NCBI GenBank assembly: GCA_964187785.1
Contig: OZ076409.1
Coordinates: 14,820,001-14,884,000 of the forward strand
DNA length: 64,000 nt
Direction of reading: 5' to 3'
From: Amphiscolops sp. MND2022
Taxonomy: Eukaryota
A model generated the notes under the pieces. It was not told the DNA's origin. It did no database searches and worked only from the letters and a program-made list of their open reading frames with translations. Position numbers and translations under genes: made by a program. Each line of letters begins with the position of its first letter. Position 1 is the stretch's first letter. Shown in pieces: positions 48,153-60,219 of this stretch.

Positions 48153-49737
48153 TCAGATGGCCTAGCATTGACCTGCCGTGTTTGTATATGAAAACTAGCG
48201 GTACTCAAAGACTTGCTGAGAAAAGAATTTGAAATCCTTGCACACTCCTGGTAGTACTTTTTTCTTTTTTCTTCAATTATATAGTCTTTTGCACTCTTGC
48301 TCAGATTTTGTGTTGAGGTCTATGGATTGATAAAACGTGATATCGATCGAGACACTCTATCCAGCGTCCCAACATGGTTTGGTTCAATGAGTATTTCTTC
48401 AGCAACAATCTGGATAACATTCTTCTTGAAAGTGGAAAAAATTGGACAGTCTCTGTCACGTCTGCTCGATCTCTTCAGTTAACCAAGTTTTACGCCGCCC
48501 TGTGTTCTGCGCTCAGTACTGCGCATCGGTACCGGACACTGCTTGTTTCGTCACTTAGTGAAGACAACAAAAAGACTGTATCTTCACTTAGTGGGATCAA
48601 ATTGTGATATCATGTAGATATCATGACCTTCAAAACAACGAACCTAGACAGAGATCATACTATTGTTGTTAAACATAAAACTCTAATTACTGTCAATTTG
48701 AGTTTACTACATTTTGTGTTGTACAATAGATCATTGACCATTGTACTTGAGATTGATACCATAGATTAGTTACTGAAGAAGATACAAATTTATCGTCTTA
48801 GATAAAGAACCTTTTTACCGTGATAGACCGAGATTACAACATGGCGCAGTCAGCAAGATTTACTTTTATCCGTAAATTCAATTTTAACCTACCAAATACC
48901 AATGACGACGACCAAGAGTAATTTATTGCTACCATACCTCGAAGATACCGGACTCGATGGGAAAAAATTATACACCCCCAAAGAATGGACCGAACGATTA
49001 CGGCATTACATAAAACGATCCCAAATTAAACCTCTTCCTTGTAACGTAACACGTCCAACACTCCAGAAAGTGAGAGTAACTAACTTAGTCGTCCTTCAAT
49101 TGTGGCGAAAAGTCGAAAGATGTGAAGGAATGAATTGAGAACTAAAGTGGTCCTTAGACCTAGCTTGCATACAGCTTTGCAATCGGTTTGTGTTTAACTA
49201 GATCCAACTTACAACATTTAACTTTACAACTATTCGATAAATTTAAGATGAAGTATAAAAATTGACATTTTTGTGTATTATGATCGCTTTTGGCTATGTA
49301 AATAAACCTTATGGCGAGTCGTCAATGTCAGCTAGGTTGTTTCAAACGTTACAATTACACAAGGCAATTATTACTGATGTAAAGGCGTGGCATTTGCAGT
49401 AGCGCAATGGGGCTGATCACGCTATTTGAATGCCGAGTAAAGTGACCTTGTAAAGTACACCTATCAGGGTAAAAGTGCTCAAAAAAGAAGATGACCTTTC
49501 AACTTAGCCCAGGTATTTGTGGTGTTCCCCTGCAAACGTGTGCCCTGTTTCATATATGTATGAGTACCAATTTCCGAGAAAACCAATATGGAGGGGTTGA
49601 AGAAATGTGCGATTGTATGGCTTCAAAAATTCATGAATATTCATAAGCATTTTGATTTCTAACCATCATGATTGTACTCGACTTTAATCAATTGCGACTG
49701 ACTGGTACCTAGTTTCATTGTGGAAAATGGTTTCGTT
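48153..49737 (+). repeat. Copy A of a 1.58-kb direct duplication
   Basis: Matches 50687-52271 at offset 2534 with scattered substitutions. Confidence 0.95.
48603..49020 (+). mobile_element. 5' stub of an LTR retrotransposon: LTR 48603-48841, PBS and gag start
   Basis: TGTGATATC...TTACAACA followed directly by TGGCGCAGTCAGCAAGATT, then MTTTKSNLLLPYLEDTG...KEWTERLRHYIKR. Confidence 0.7.
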
Positions 49738-50686
49738 CTCAGCGATCATTATCCCACTGTGTTCAAATGCGCAGTGGTGAAGTAATCTGCCAAACCTGCA
49801 CTCTCAACTTGTTCATTTTCGTTTGATTCAACTGAACAGATTTCGTTGTTCCTTGCAGCATGGTCGGATTTTGAATTCCGGAGAATTTCCTCAGCCTACA
49901 TCTGTCGACCTTCCATTCTCATCTAATATTTGGAATTTAGCAAATCTCTATATTGAAAACGAGGCTGCAGGATAATTCGTTCTTTTCATCTTCTCTTTCC
50001 GAAATTGATCAAACACCGAAATTACTGATGAACCAAAATTGATCCGAAATACCACGCAGAAAACTTAAGGAAAAACGGAACGGCAAAGAAGGATTTCTGT
50101 TTATGTTTTGCGTTGGATAAAGTTTGTTTTCTGCTCAATGCTTCAGCTCAAAGCACGCATTACGACGCCAATCGGGGTTTTTTTTTCAAGAAAAGACAAA
50201 AGTCAGTTTTCGCACCTCCCAAAATGTGTTTTCGAGAATTCACAAAAATTGTACACTTCAACGAATCAGCAGCGCCGCCAAAATGATTGGAAAATTCACA
50301 CACTATTTTTCTTGAACACCCTTCTTGAACATGTTTCTGAAAAGTCTCTGGATTCTCTAACGCTTTCGGGCATCTTCAAACATTTTTTCGAATTCATCGA
50401 ACGCTTTCGCAAGTCTGGGAACTTTTTATTGAATTGAATAAATCGATGAAGAAACGAAACACTGATACACAAACTGTATTTGATTAGAACAAATTCCAAT
50501 GATAATTATGTTGTTTTGTGCAACATTGTTTTGTTTCATTTTTTGTTTCTAGATATTTCTTTGGTTTTAATTTCAAAAAACGAGGACGTTTTCAAAAAGG
50601 AAGGAAGTCTTGAATCTCCTGAATGACTGAAACTTGGATACCTCTCTACTTTAATCAATAAAAATCTGATTCTGTGATGAATTGTC

Positions 50687-52271
50687 TCAGATGGCCTAGC
50701 ATCGACCTGCCGTGTTTGTATATGAAAACTAGAGGTACTCAAAGACTTGCTGAGAAAAGAATTTGAAATCCTTGGTCACTCCTGGTAGTACTTTCTTCTT
50801 TTTTCTTCAATTATATAGTCTTTTGCACACTTGCTCAGATTTTGTGTTGAGGTCTATGGATTGATAAAACGTGATATCGATCGAGACACTCTATCCAGCG
50901 TCCCAACATGGTTTGGTTCAATGAGTATTTCTTCAGCAACAATCTGGATAACATTCTTCTTGAAAGTGGAAAAAATTGGACAGTCTCTGTCACGTCTGCT
51001 CGATCTCTTCAGTTAACCAAGTTTTACGCCGCCCTGTGTTCTGCGCTCAGTACTGCGCATCGGTACCGGACACTGCTTGTTTCGTCACTTAGTGAAGACA
51101 ACAAAAAGACTGTATCTTCACTTAGTGGGATCAAATTGTGATATCATGTAGATATCATGACCTTCAAAACTACGAACCTAGACAGAGAGCATACTATTGT
51201 TGTTAAACATAAAACTCTAATTACTGTCAATTTGAGTTTACTACATTTTGTGTTGTACAATAGATCATTGACCATTGTACTTGAGATTGATACCATAGAT
51301 TAGTTACTGAAGAAGATACAAATTTATCGTCTTAGATAAAGAACCTTTTTACCGTGATAGACCGAGATTACAACATGGCGCAGTCAGCAAGATTTACTTT
51401 TATCCGTAAATTCAATTTTAACCGACCAATTACCAATGACGACAACCAAGAGTAATATATTGCTACCATACCTCGAAGATACCAGACTCGATGGGAAAAA
51501 ATTATACACCCCCAAAGCATGGACCGAACGATTAGGGCATTACATAAAACGATCCCAAATTAAACCTCTTCCTTGTAACGTAACACGTCCAACACTCCAG
51601 AAAGTGAGAGTAACTAACTTAGTCGTCCTTCAATTGTGGCGAAAAGTCGAAAGATGTGAAGGAATGAATTGAGACCTAAAGTGGTCCTTAGACCTAGCTT
51701 GCATACAGCTTTGCAATCGGTTTGTGTTTAACTAGATCCAACTTACAACATTTAACTTTACAACTATTCGATAAATTTAAGATGAAGTATAAAAATTGAC
51801 ATTTTTGTGTAATATGATCGCTTTTGGCTATGTAAATAAACCTTATGGCGAGTCGTCAATGTCAGCTAGGTTGTTTCAAACGTTACAATTACACAAGGTA
51901 ATTATCACTGATGTAAAGGCGTGGCATTTGCAGTAGCGTAATGGGGCTGATCACGCTATTTGAATGCCGAGTAAAGTGACCTTGTAAAGTACACCTATCA
52001 GGGTAAAAGTGCTCATAAAAGAAGATGACCTTTCAACTTAGCCCAGGTATTTGTGGTGTTCACCCGCAAACGTGTGCCCTGTTTCATATATGTATGAGTA
52101 ACAATTTCCGAGAAAACCAGTATGGAGGGGTTGAAGAAATGTGCGATTGTATGGCTTCAAAATTTCATGAATATTCATAAGCATTTTGATTTCTAACCAT
52201 CATGATTGTACTCGACTTTAATCAATTGCGACTGACTGGTACCTAGTTTCATTGTGGAAAATAGTTTCGTT
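50687..52271 (+). repeat. Copy B of the duplication, cut at 52271 by an LTR
   Basis: Matches 48153-49737; includes the second LTR-PBS-gag stub at 51137-51555. Confidence 0.95.
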
Positions 52272-52580
52272 GTCGAACCCATGCTGTTGGGCCGGCTTTG
52301 AAGGACCTTTTGAGCTAGACGGCTGAGATTCGTTATTATTCTTGCTTACTATCGCCATCATTAAGTCCTTCAGTTGACTAAACTCCTGGTGTAACTCGTT
52401 AATTCGGCGTTCATAACTTTCTTTTATTTCAGATAACTGAGAAGAGATATCTGAATTGTCGTTGGTGTCAGAATCATTTGAGTTTGCCTGAGCCATGTCT
52501 GGATCTGTTGGAGAAGATGTTTCTGACGAAGAATTTATGACTCTACCGCTCCTAAGTTCGGTACCTTGATCTGGGTTCAT
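52271..52580 (-). CDS. ORF start inside the LTR (probable gag N-terminus, coiled coil), open across the LTR end
   Basis: MNPDQGTELRSGRV...SQLSEIKESYERRINELHQEFSQLKDLMMAIV...QHGFD; LRSG is a common gag N-terminal motif. Confidence 0.55.
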
Positions 52581-54190
52581 GTAGCCGAGAGAAAAGAATT
52601 ATGAGTGAAGACTGGATTATTTGAGATGCTATTCGATGTATTTTACTGATTTAAATGGCTATTCGATCTCAAAATTCACTAATCTGAACTGAGATGTTTT
52701 AGAGATGAAGTCGTACAAGCAAGTAAGTCGTTAGGTGAGAATAAGGAAATTAGCAAGGTAGTTAGGAAAGTTCATCCAATTTTCATCGCAATCGTAGATG
52801 CACCAAGGAAATTACTCAGTTTCAGTTCTATAGTTTCTGAAGATGAAATAGAGATATATTTTCAAGTAGATTTTGGCGTGAACTATTCAACTGGATGGTA
52901 GCTTGTCGCAATTCGGTCTGAGTAATCGCTAATGGCGGTCCAAATTACAGCAGTTCACGTGTCTTTTCGGTTGGTAAGACGCTAAATCTCTTACCAACCT
53001 TCTCTCATTGGCTGTTACCAGCTGGTGTTAAAATGGTAAGTCACGTGACCGGTGTTGTGAACTGCCGCAAAGTGGCCACGCATCATGGTACATCTACATA
53101 TGTTAATGGTGTTTAGTCATCAATTTACAATGTCGCAATTGCCTGCACGCAGCATCATGGTTTCTATAGCAACTAAAATTAGCTCAAATCATTCAATAAC
53201 GCACTAATTTCAAGTCAATTTAAGATAAAGCACGATTCGGGATTGGAAAACGATGTTTTCCGCTGATTCTAGCGCCAAAACCAATGATTTAAAAATTGAA
53301 GATGGAAATGCGATGAACTTGTAAGAATATTTGCTGATTTTCAAGTCTAGTTTAGCTCTGGATGAAAATGCGATGAATGGTGGTCTTTCTCGCTCGAAAA
53401 TCAACACAATTTAAACTGACGATGATAAAAGGATGAACTCCACGTATAATTTGCCAATTTCCAGCACAGATTAAAATGACGATGAATTCGGGATGAATTC
53501 AGTCGATAAACGCTAATTCTAGCACAATTGAATTTTTGGCGATGGGTTTAAGATGAACTTGTCAGTTAAAACAGCAAATACCAAAGCAATACAAATTGGC
53601 GATGAGTTTAGGATGAACTCACCAGTTAAAACACCGAATACTAAGGCAATTCAATTTAGCGATGAGTTTAGGATGAACTCATCCACTAAAATGGTTAATT
53701 ATCAGCACGAACGAAATCAAGATGAATTAAGGATGGGTTTACTAAACAAATCAGATAACCAGCACTTTCACTCTTTTTTAGGATGGATTAAGGATGTACT
53801 TTCTCATTTCCCTTCTACGCTAGTGAATACGATGATTAAAGGATGAATTACTGTCCTTTAAGTAATGAGAAGCACATTGAAATTTCTTTACATGAAATAC
53901 AACGATGAATTTAAGATGAAATTACTAAAATAAGGTCCCATAAAATCCGCTGATGGATTAGTGATGAAAAGTCAGTTTAACGTCCCAATCGTTGTTCATA
54001 TGCAATTCCGGAGATGAAATTGCGATGAACTTCATTCAAAATAGCTCTAAATTGAATCCGCTGATGGATCTAATGAATTTATCAGTCAATTCGGGTTCAT
54101 CGTTAAGTCCGCTGATGGACTAGCGATGAACTTCATGAAAGTGTTGTCACGACTACAAGTCCTGAGGCGGGGAGCTAGTAGAAGTTAACA
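52271..54190 (-). mobile_element. Putative long (about 1.9 kb) LTR, probably the 3' LTR of a large Gypsy element
   Basis: Minus strand reads TGTTAAC...GGTTCGACA and is preceded by purine tract AAGAGAGACGAAA; it abruptly interrupts the duplication. The 52271 end is firm; the 54190 end is less so. Confidence 0.6.
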
Positions 54191-55057
54191 TTTCGTCTCT
54201 CTTGTATCTCTCGGTCCAGTTTGACCCGAAAAACTTCTCTCCCTTGTCGTGACAAACCAATATTTATGAAATATAGCACATTCGAGACTATTTGGCAAGA
54301 TCATTTATGCGGACACCGGAACTAGAGCGCTCAGTATTAAGTAAATATATATAACTCAAACTCATGGGGGAATGGGGATTAAGTATAAGTAACGTAGGGT
54401 TGCTCACAACCATGGTTCTTATTATTTGACATCATATTGCCCATATCTAAGTACATAAGACATAATATTTACATTACAGATATTTAGTAGATTATATTTC
54501 CATCATGCTGGCATGACACTCCTCGGGACGGGATTTGGACTGAGAGTGCAGGGGCCAAATGTGCAGAGGATGGTTGTCTCGGCGTTGGCTTCGACTGTTT
54601 CCTTCGTTTGGTTAGGGAGAAAATTGATCCTTCGTTAGTTCTGAATTGGCATTTCCTTCGTTTGTTCTGTCCTGTGTAAACCTTCTCTGAGAAGAGGACT
54701 TTCGGCAATCGTCATATCTGGCTTCATGCTGGGTGATTTTGGTTATACTGTTTCGACGCGGCAACTCTAGTTCTTGGCCCATCGAATGTCCGCTGATCTG
54801 CATTTTATTGGTTGTCATGCTTTTGATGGGAGTTTCGGCTGGTTATTTTTCGGTAGAAGCTGATTTCTCGGAGAAAAGTTTCCCTCCAAAACGCCTACAC
54901 TGAACAAACAATTCGACTAACCTCATTGACAAGTTGGCAGCGAGTCGGGGATGAATGAACGATAAATTGTTTACACAGCGAGACATCGATGTTGATTTAG
55001 CAGACGACTGGCGCCGTTGCTCTACTATCAGTTTTCGCGATAGGAAAGAGATGAATT

Positions 55058-55157
55058 GTTGTCATAGCAACCGTTGAAGCTACTTCCGCTGTCTGACTTC
55101 TCAGCGATGAGAGAGAGATGAACTGTCGCCATAGCAATCACTGCTAAATCTGATTGG
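55058..55157. promoter_or_regulatory. Two RFX X-box-like motifs and a CCAAT box upstream of the antisense gene
   Basis: GTTGTCATAGCAAC (55058-55071), GTCGCCATAGCAAT (55125-55138), ATTGG (55153-55157). Confidence 0.5.
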
Positions 55158-55660
55158 CTGAAAACTGAATTTTCTGAACTGGAGGAGATCCAACCGGTCA
55201 TCAACAAACAGTCTCATCCTTGAATCATCTTTCGTCAAGTCGGTTTGAAAATCGCCACGATTTCCTTTGCGCGTTTCCGCTCAACTTCATCGGTATTGAT
55301 CTGAGACTGGCAGCTGTCATCAAAATCAAATACTTGAAGCTTTTGTAGTCAAATTCTCGGGGGTGATTCATTTTCAGAGAAAATTGTCAAGTTGGTTGAA
55401 CTTGGAAGAAAAGTGTAGGCAGTCATTGAAATCGGAGAGTTTTCATCGAATTTTCATCTTCTGAATTTCAAGTATTTGGTTTGTCCTGGCACTCAAGCTG
55501 CATTCGCGCTCTTTGAAATTTTCCGTGAATTTGTATCTCGCAATCATGGTTGATCAGACCATTTAATTACTGATCAAATTCTTGTCCTCAGATTCTTCGA
55601 TTTCGTTCCTTTCTTCACTCTCTTCCGTTCCTTTTCAGATTGTTTTGCAAACCTACAGCG

Positions 55661-58600
55661 ATGTCCGACATCCACTTTGTTTATTCTCTTCCAGAGACTG
55701 AAGCTACAGAAAGTAAGTGCACTATTTTTCTTTTCTTTCACAAACGGGTTAGGGAACAATTAGGTACTGAAGGCGCGTCTTGGTTTTAGCGGACTCAGTT
55801 CACTCTGTCGGCGTCATTTCTGAGCTGACTACCTTGCAGACCGTGCTGCCTCAAGAGGCTCCTGAAGTTCAAGCAGCAGCTCCCGTACCTCAGTTTCAAC
55901 CTGATCAACCGCTTGGTCAGGCTCCCAACGTCCCGTACCTTCCGCAGTGTAAGTTCTGTCCTTCCAGATCTTCAATTCAGTCTACCATCTCTTCATTTCT
56001 CATCTCTGGTCCCTTCAGATGTTGACTCTTTCCGTTTGATGTTTAGATCACTATCCTTGGTATGCTTCCCTCGGTAGCATCACCTTCGGGTGGTATGATC
56101 GCCACATGCGGGACATGCTACGAGATAGCATCCAGCAGTATAGTGAGTTGACTCCTTTTCAATTTCCGTCAGTACTAAGGCATCGTCCGGACACTCCGAT
56201 GTAATTCCGATATAAACATCTCATCTGCATGTAGTGCCCTTCGCGGTCGATTACCTATAAAATTCTTTTTTTAAAATGAATTTAGGATGTGTCATGGACG
56301 TTCACAGTCCTTCGTGACTGATTCACTGCAAATTCTATTTTTGAAGATGATTTTTAGATGAATTCTTCTCCGGTCTTCTTTCTTCGCGCGGCGTACGCGC
56401 TCGTTCTTCTCCAATCGTCGTCATCTGATTACTGTTTCTTCTTTCAGGCCCGACTCCCATCCATGCGCCAAGACCTCGTCCTATTTCCTACTCAGTGGGT
56501 ATAGGGACGAGTGATTTTGGTGCATCCCAGATTGATGCCGGCACACAAGTGCGCCTCCTCCCTTGGAGATGTCTTCTTTTCTCCAGGACCTCTGTTTGGA
56601 TGCAGTTAGCTCTCCAGTGGCACGTGCCCCAGTGTCGGTGCTTTCGCCGAACTTTCAGCGATTCCTGGACCGCGAGTCAGCAATTCGAAGTCCTCCTCCT
56701 CCTCGCGTCACTGTAGACGCAGGAGTCAGTGCCGTCGTCACTCCTGTGGATGTGGCAGTCGATGCCTGCGTGGCTGTTGTTGACCAGTCCATTCAGGCCG
56801 TTGTGGAAACTGGCGAGACTTCCACGGATTACGATCCTCCTGTGGAAACTCTTTCGGCTGCTCCCTCTTCGCCAGCTGCTAGTGTCCCTGAAATTGTGGA
56901 GGCTGACGTTGAGCAGTCTGACGTGCCATCAACTGACAGCACTGAGACCCTTCTTGAGGCAGTCGAGGATGTCCCTGCTGGTGATTCTCTGTCCGCTGAG
57001 CCTGCTCCGGAAGGTGCTGTTCCCGGTCTGGTTCCTGTGTCTGCTGAGACGTCTCCCATGGGACCCAGTCTGGTGGACTCCGACGACGAGCCCATTGCGT
57101 CTCGTTTACCAGGTTACCTAAACAGCTTTAACCCTGTGAAGTATCTGATCGGTAGCTTTTATTCATTTCTTTTTTCGTTTACACTTTCACTAGCGTTTTT
57201 TACGTCTTTCTTCTTTTCCATCTATTTTCCATCGTTTTTATGTTTTCGCTATATGGTTTTCTGCAGTTTTTCATCACTTTCTCATCGTCAAAAGTCTTGA
57301 ATATAGCGTTTTTCTTTTCTGGTCATTTTTTAGAACTTTCCATCTCTTTTACATCCTTAAATTTTTTCGTTCGTCTTTTAGCTATTTTTCGTCGTTTTCT
57401 TTTCAGTTTACATCTCTTTTTCATCGTTAAGTTTTTTTCTTCGTTTTCGCTTATATTTCCAATGAAAATATTATTTTACATCATGTTTTCATCACTCCGG
57501 GTGAACGTTTTTGATTTTTACGTTTTACTTTTGCATTTTTCGATTTTGCGGATGTGTGACGGATGATTTTAGTCGTTGTCTATGATGATTTGTAATGATG
57601 TTACTTTTGTTCTAGTGTTTTGTTGTGATCATCAGGAAGGAAGGTGATCAAGTCCGGATGGTTTGATCATCCATACTGCGGTCTGGCGCTAGGATATGCA
57701 CGCAATCACGAGTCGCGCATGTCCTATGTGCGATGCCTAATGTGCAAGAGAGACGTTAAGGTGGGCAGCCGAGGCATTACCACCTTTATGGAACATTGCC
57801 GAGGACTGCGTCATCACCGTCAGGATTGTGTGATCCGTTTACACCGTGGGCTTCCGTTGCGGCGACGTGATGGAACGCTCATGACGAATGAAGAGAGCGC
57901 CGAGTGTCGTGTGAACTTAGGTGGGGTGACTGTACCCTTCATTGAGACCTGTCCGTCACTCAGTGTTTTGGAAGTATTAGAACTGGAGGGGGCTGGGCAG
58001 CCAGTGTGGGGAGAAGACGAAGAGGGGGAAGACTGGCCAGAAAAGACTGTGCGCTTGTTTGTATGCTTCGTGGTCGACGCTCTGTACCGCGATTGTCAAT
58101 TTAGTGGAGTTGCTAATTTGTGGGAAGTGCTGGTGTCGTCGGATCCCCAACATGCGGTCTTGTTTGGGCCAACTTGCGCGTTGTCCGACGTGATGGTGAG
58201 AAATTTGATTTTGCGTTTTCTGTTACGTTCGATATAGTATGGATTTTCTATTGTTTACTATTGAAAAGGAGGGTGGGGGGGGCGGTATAATATTATGATG
58301 TATGGTTTCGAAAGACCTTATGTTGATTTTAGAGCGTTGTTCTGCTTGGCTTGTGGCCGTACGTAATGCGGAGACTGATTACCATCTGGAGCAATAGTGA
58401 GTACAGCAGTTTCCATCTGACAGTGACTGGTGGGCGAGTGACTGGTACGGTTACAGTGTGTGGCATGGACGGAGTTAGTCACTACACTGTCTTCTGCTTC
58501 AAAATGGCTCGTGACTGGGAGGGTCGAGTGATCACTTGGCTGGTAAACATGTGGTGTTGTATGCTCGGAGAGCCTGTTCCACTTGGACTGTGCTGTGATG

Positions 58601-60219
58601 CGTTGCCGCAGCTGAGTGGACTGTTCCGAAGCACCACTGGGGTTGGCCTCGTGGACGTAAAACCCTTCACATTGTCGGATGTGAGTCGGACGATCGTGGA
58701 TGTGGCTGGTCAAGTGCTTGGTGGGACTGATATCCATGTGGTTCTTAACCATCTTCAGAAGCGCTTGAAAGGATTCGTGAAGGATCCTTTGCTGTTGGCG
58801 TGTCCGCATTTGCTGCAAGTACGTATGATTTCATGATGTGATGGTATCTATGTGTAGTAACGTGTGAACGGAGTGTTGAGGGGGGGTTTGTATTGAACTT
58901 CATAATGTATGCAGTTAATTAATATGATGTTATTTACAATTTAGGCGGTTCTTTCTGGTGAGGTATTTGTGTGGACGCTCGCTGATGTGTGCGAGGAATT
59001 GAGGAGTAACCTGGCTGACATTGTGTGTCTGTGGCGATTTGCCAGTGGAGATGGACCATTGGACACACTTGACCTGACCTTGCGAGCAGAGATTGGGATT
59101 CCAATCAGGCTACAGGCGCTCAGTCTAGTTTACCGTGCTCGTTAGTAATTGTTATATTCCTGGTGGAGTCTTGTCGGGTCACTTCTAGATGGGCTATTGT
59201 GGGGTTGTTATTTTCGTTTGAGTGAGGGGGGGGGGTGGTCATACAAGTTGCATGTGGAATTTATTGTACCTTAATGTTTCAGTGGTGAATTCCTACGAGA
59301 AGAGTTTTGGTGCCTCTTCAGTACGCAGTTGTTACTGGGCGTTGGAAAGTGCCAGTTTCATAAGAGAACTGATGTCGACTCTGGATGACGATGACCGATT
59401 GCCAGCAGCATCGGACACGCGTTCCGTTTGTTCGTGGACGTGGAGAGTTATGCCATCTCCGAGGTTAAACAACAAGTCCTGATTGACAGTTTTCTTGCCA
59501 ATAATGAAGTGGATGTGGGCGGATGTCTTTATGATGAAGATATGTCCCGAGTGCCAGTCTTCATTCTGACTGTCGTGAAAAATGTCAGCGCATTGCCAGG
59601 AGTCCGGGATGATGTGTCCTTTGTTCGGAGTGTGTTTAGTCTCCCAAGTCTCAATATTGTTCCTGAAGATGTCCTATTGGCCGAAATCCGGGTATTTACG
59701 GATCTTCTTGTTGAGTTAGGCCGAATCTCGTATGCAGAGCAAGGACACATGGAACGTGGCTTCCTGGAATTCATCAGTAACTATCGACGTGGTTCTGGGA
59801 CGACCGGAAGTGCGATGAATCTGTCGGTGTTGGACCTCCTGAACTATTGTACTAATCGAGGTGCCCAGAATTTATTGCGAAGTATATTTTGCTTGGACGG
59901 AGGCATTCAGAGTAACAATACTTTGTTGTGTGACGGAGTTGGCCATTTAAGCAGCGACGTAACGAGTGGTGTATGTGCCATTATAGTGAGCTATCTTTCT
60001 TCCAGCAGTATTCGGAGCTATGAAAGTGTGAGTGGTCCTCTTCTAGACGAAGTTGCAGAGTCACACCGGCGCTTAGTCGATCTCAACGAGCTGACCGAAA
60101 GTATGTTGTGGGACGACATTGGGATTGTGGCTGGCGAAGATTATAGACTGCGCTTATATTCAAACCTGGGGTACAGCATAAACGGGGAGCGGGCTGCTAG
60201 TCCAGAAATTGGTGTTTAA
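55661..60219 (+). pseudogene. Multi-exon gene, lightly frameshifted, encoding an acidic/Pro-rich N-terminus, a BED-like zinc finger and a hAT-transposase-like body
   Basis: Phase-compatible exons 55661-55712, 55790-55948, 56019-56142, about 56358-56392, about 56449-57112, 57636-58195, 58333-58818, 58945-59140, 59283-60219. Motif VRCLMCKRDVKVGSRGITTFMEHCRGLRHH. Apparent frameshifts near 56040, 56550 and 59420. Confidence 0.7.

Noticed and set aside
57240..57566. Phe/Leu-rich membrane protein or env-like ORF (also 60648-60962)
   Set aside because: Arises from T-rich intronic or spacer DNA; no env motifs seen.
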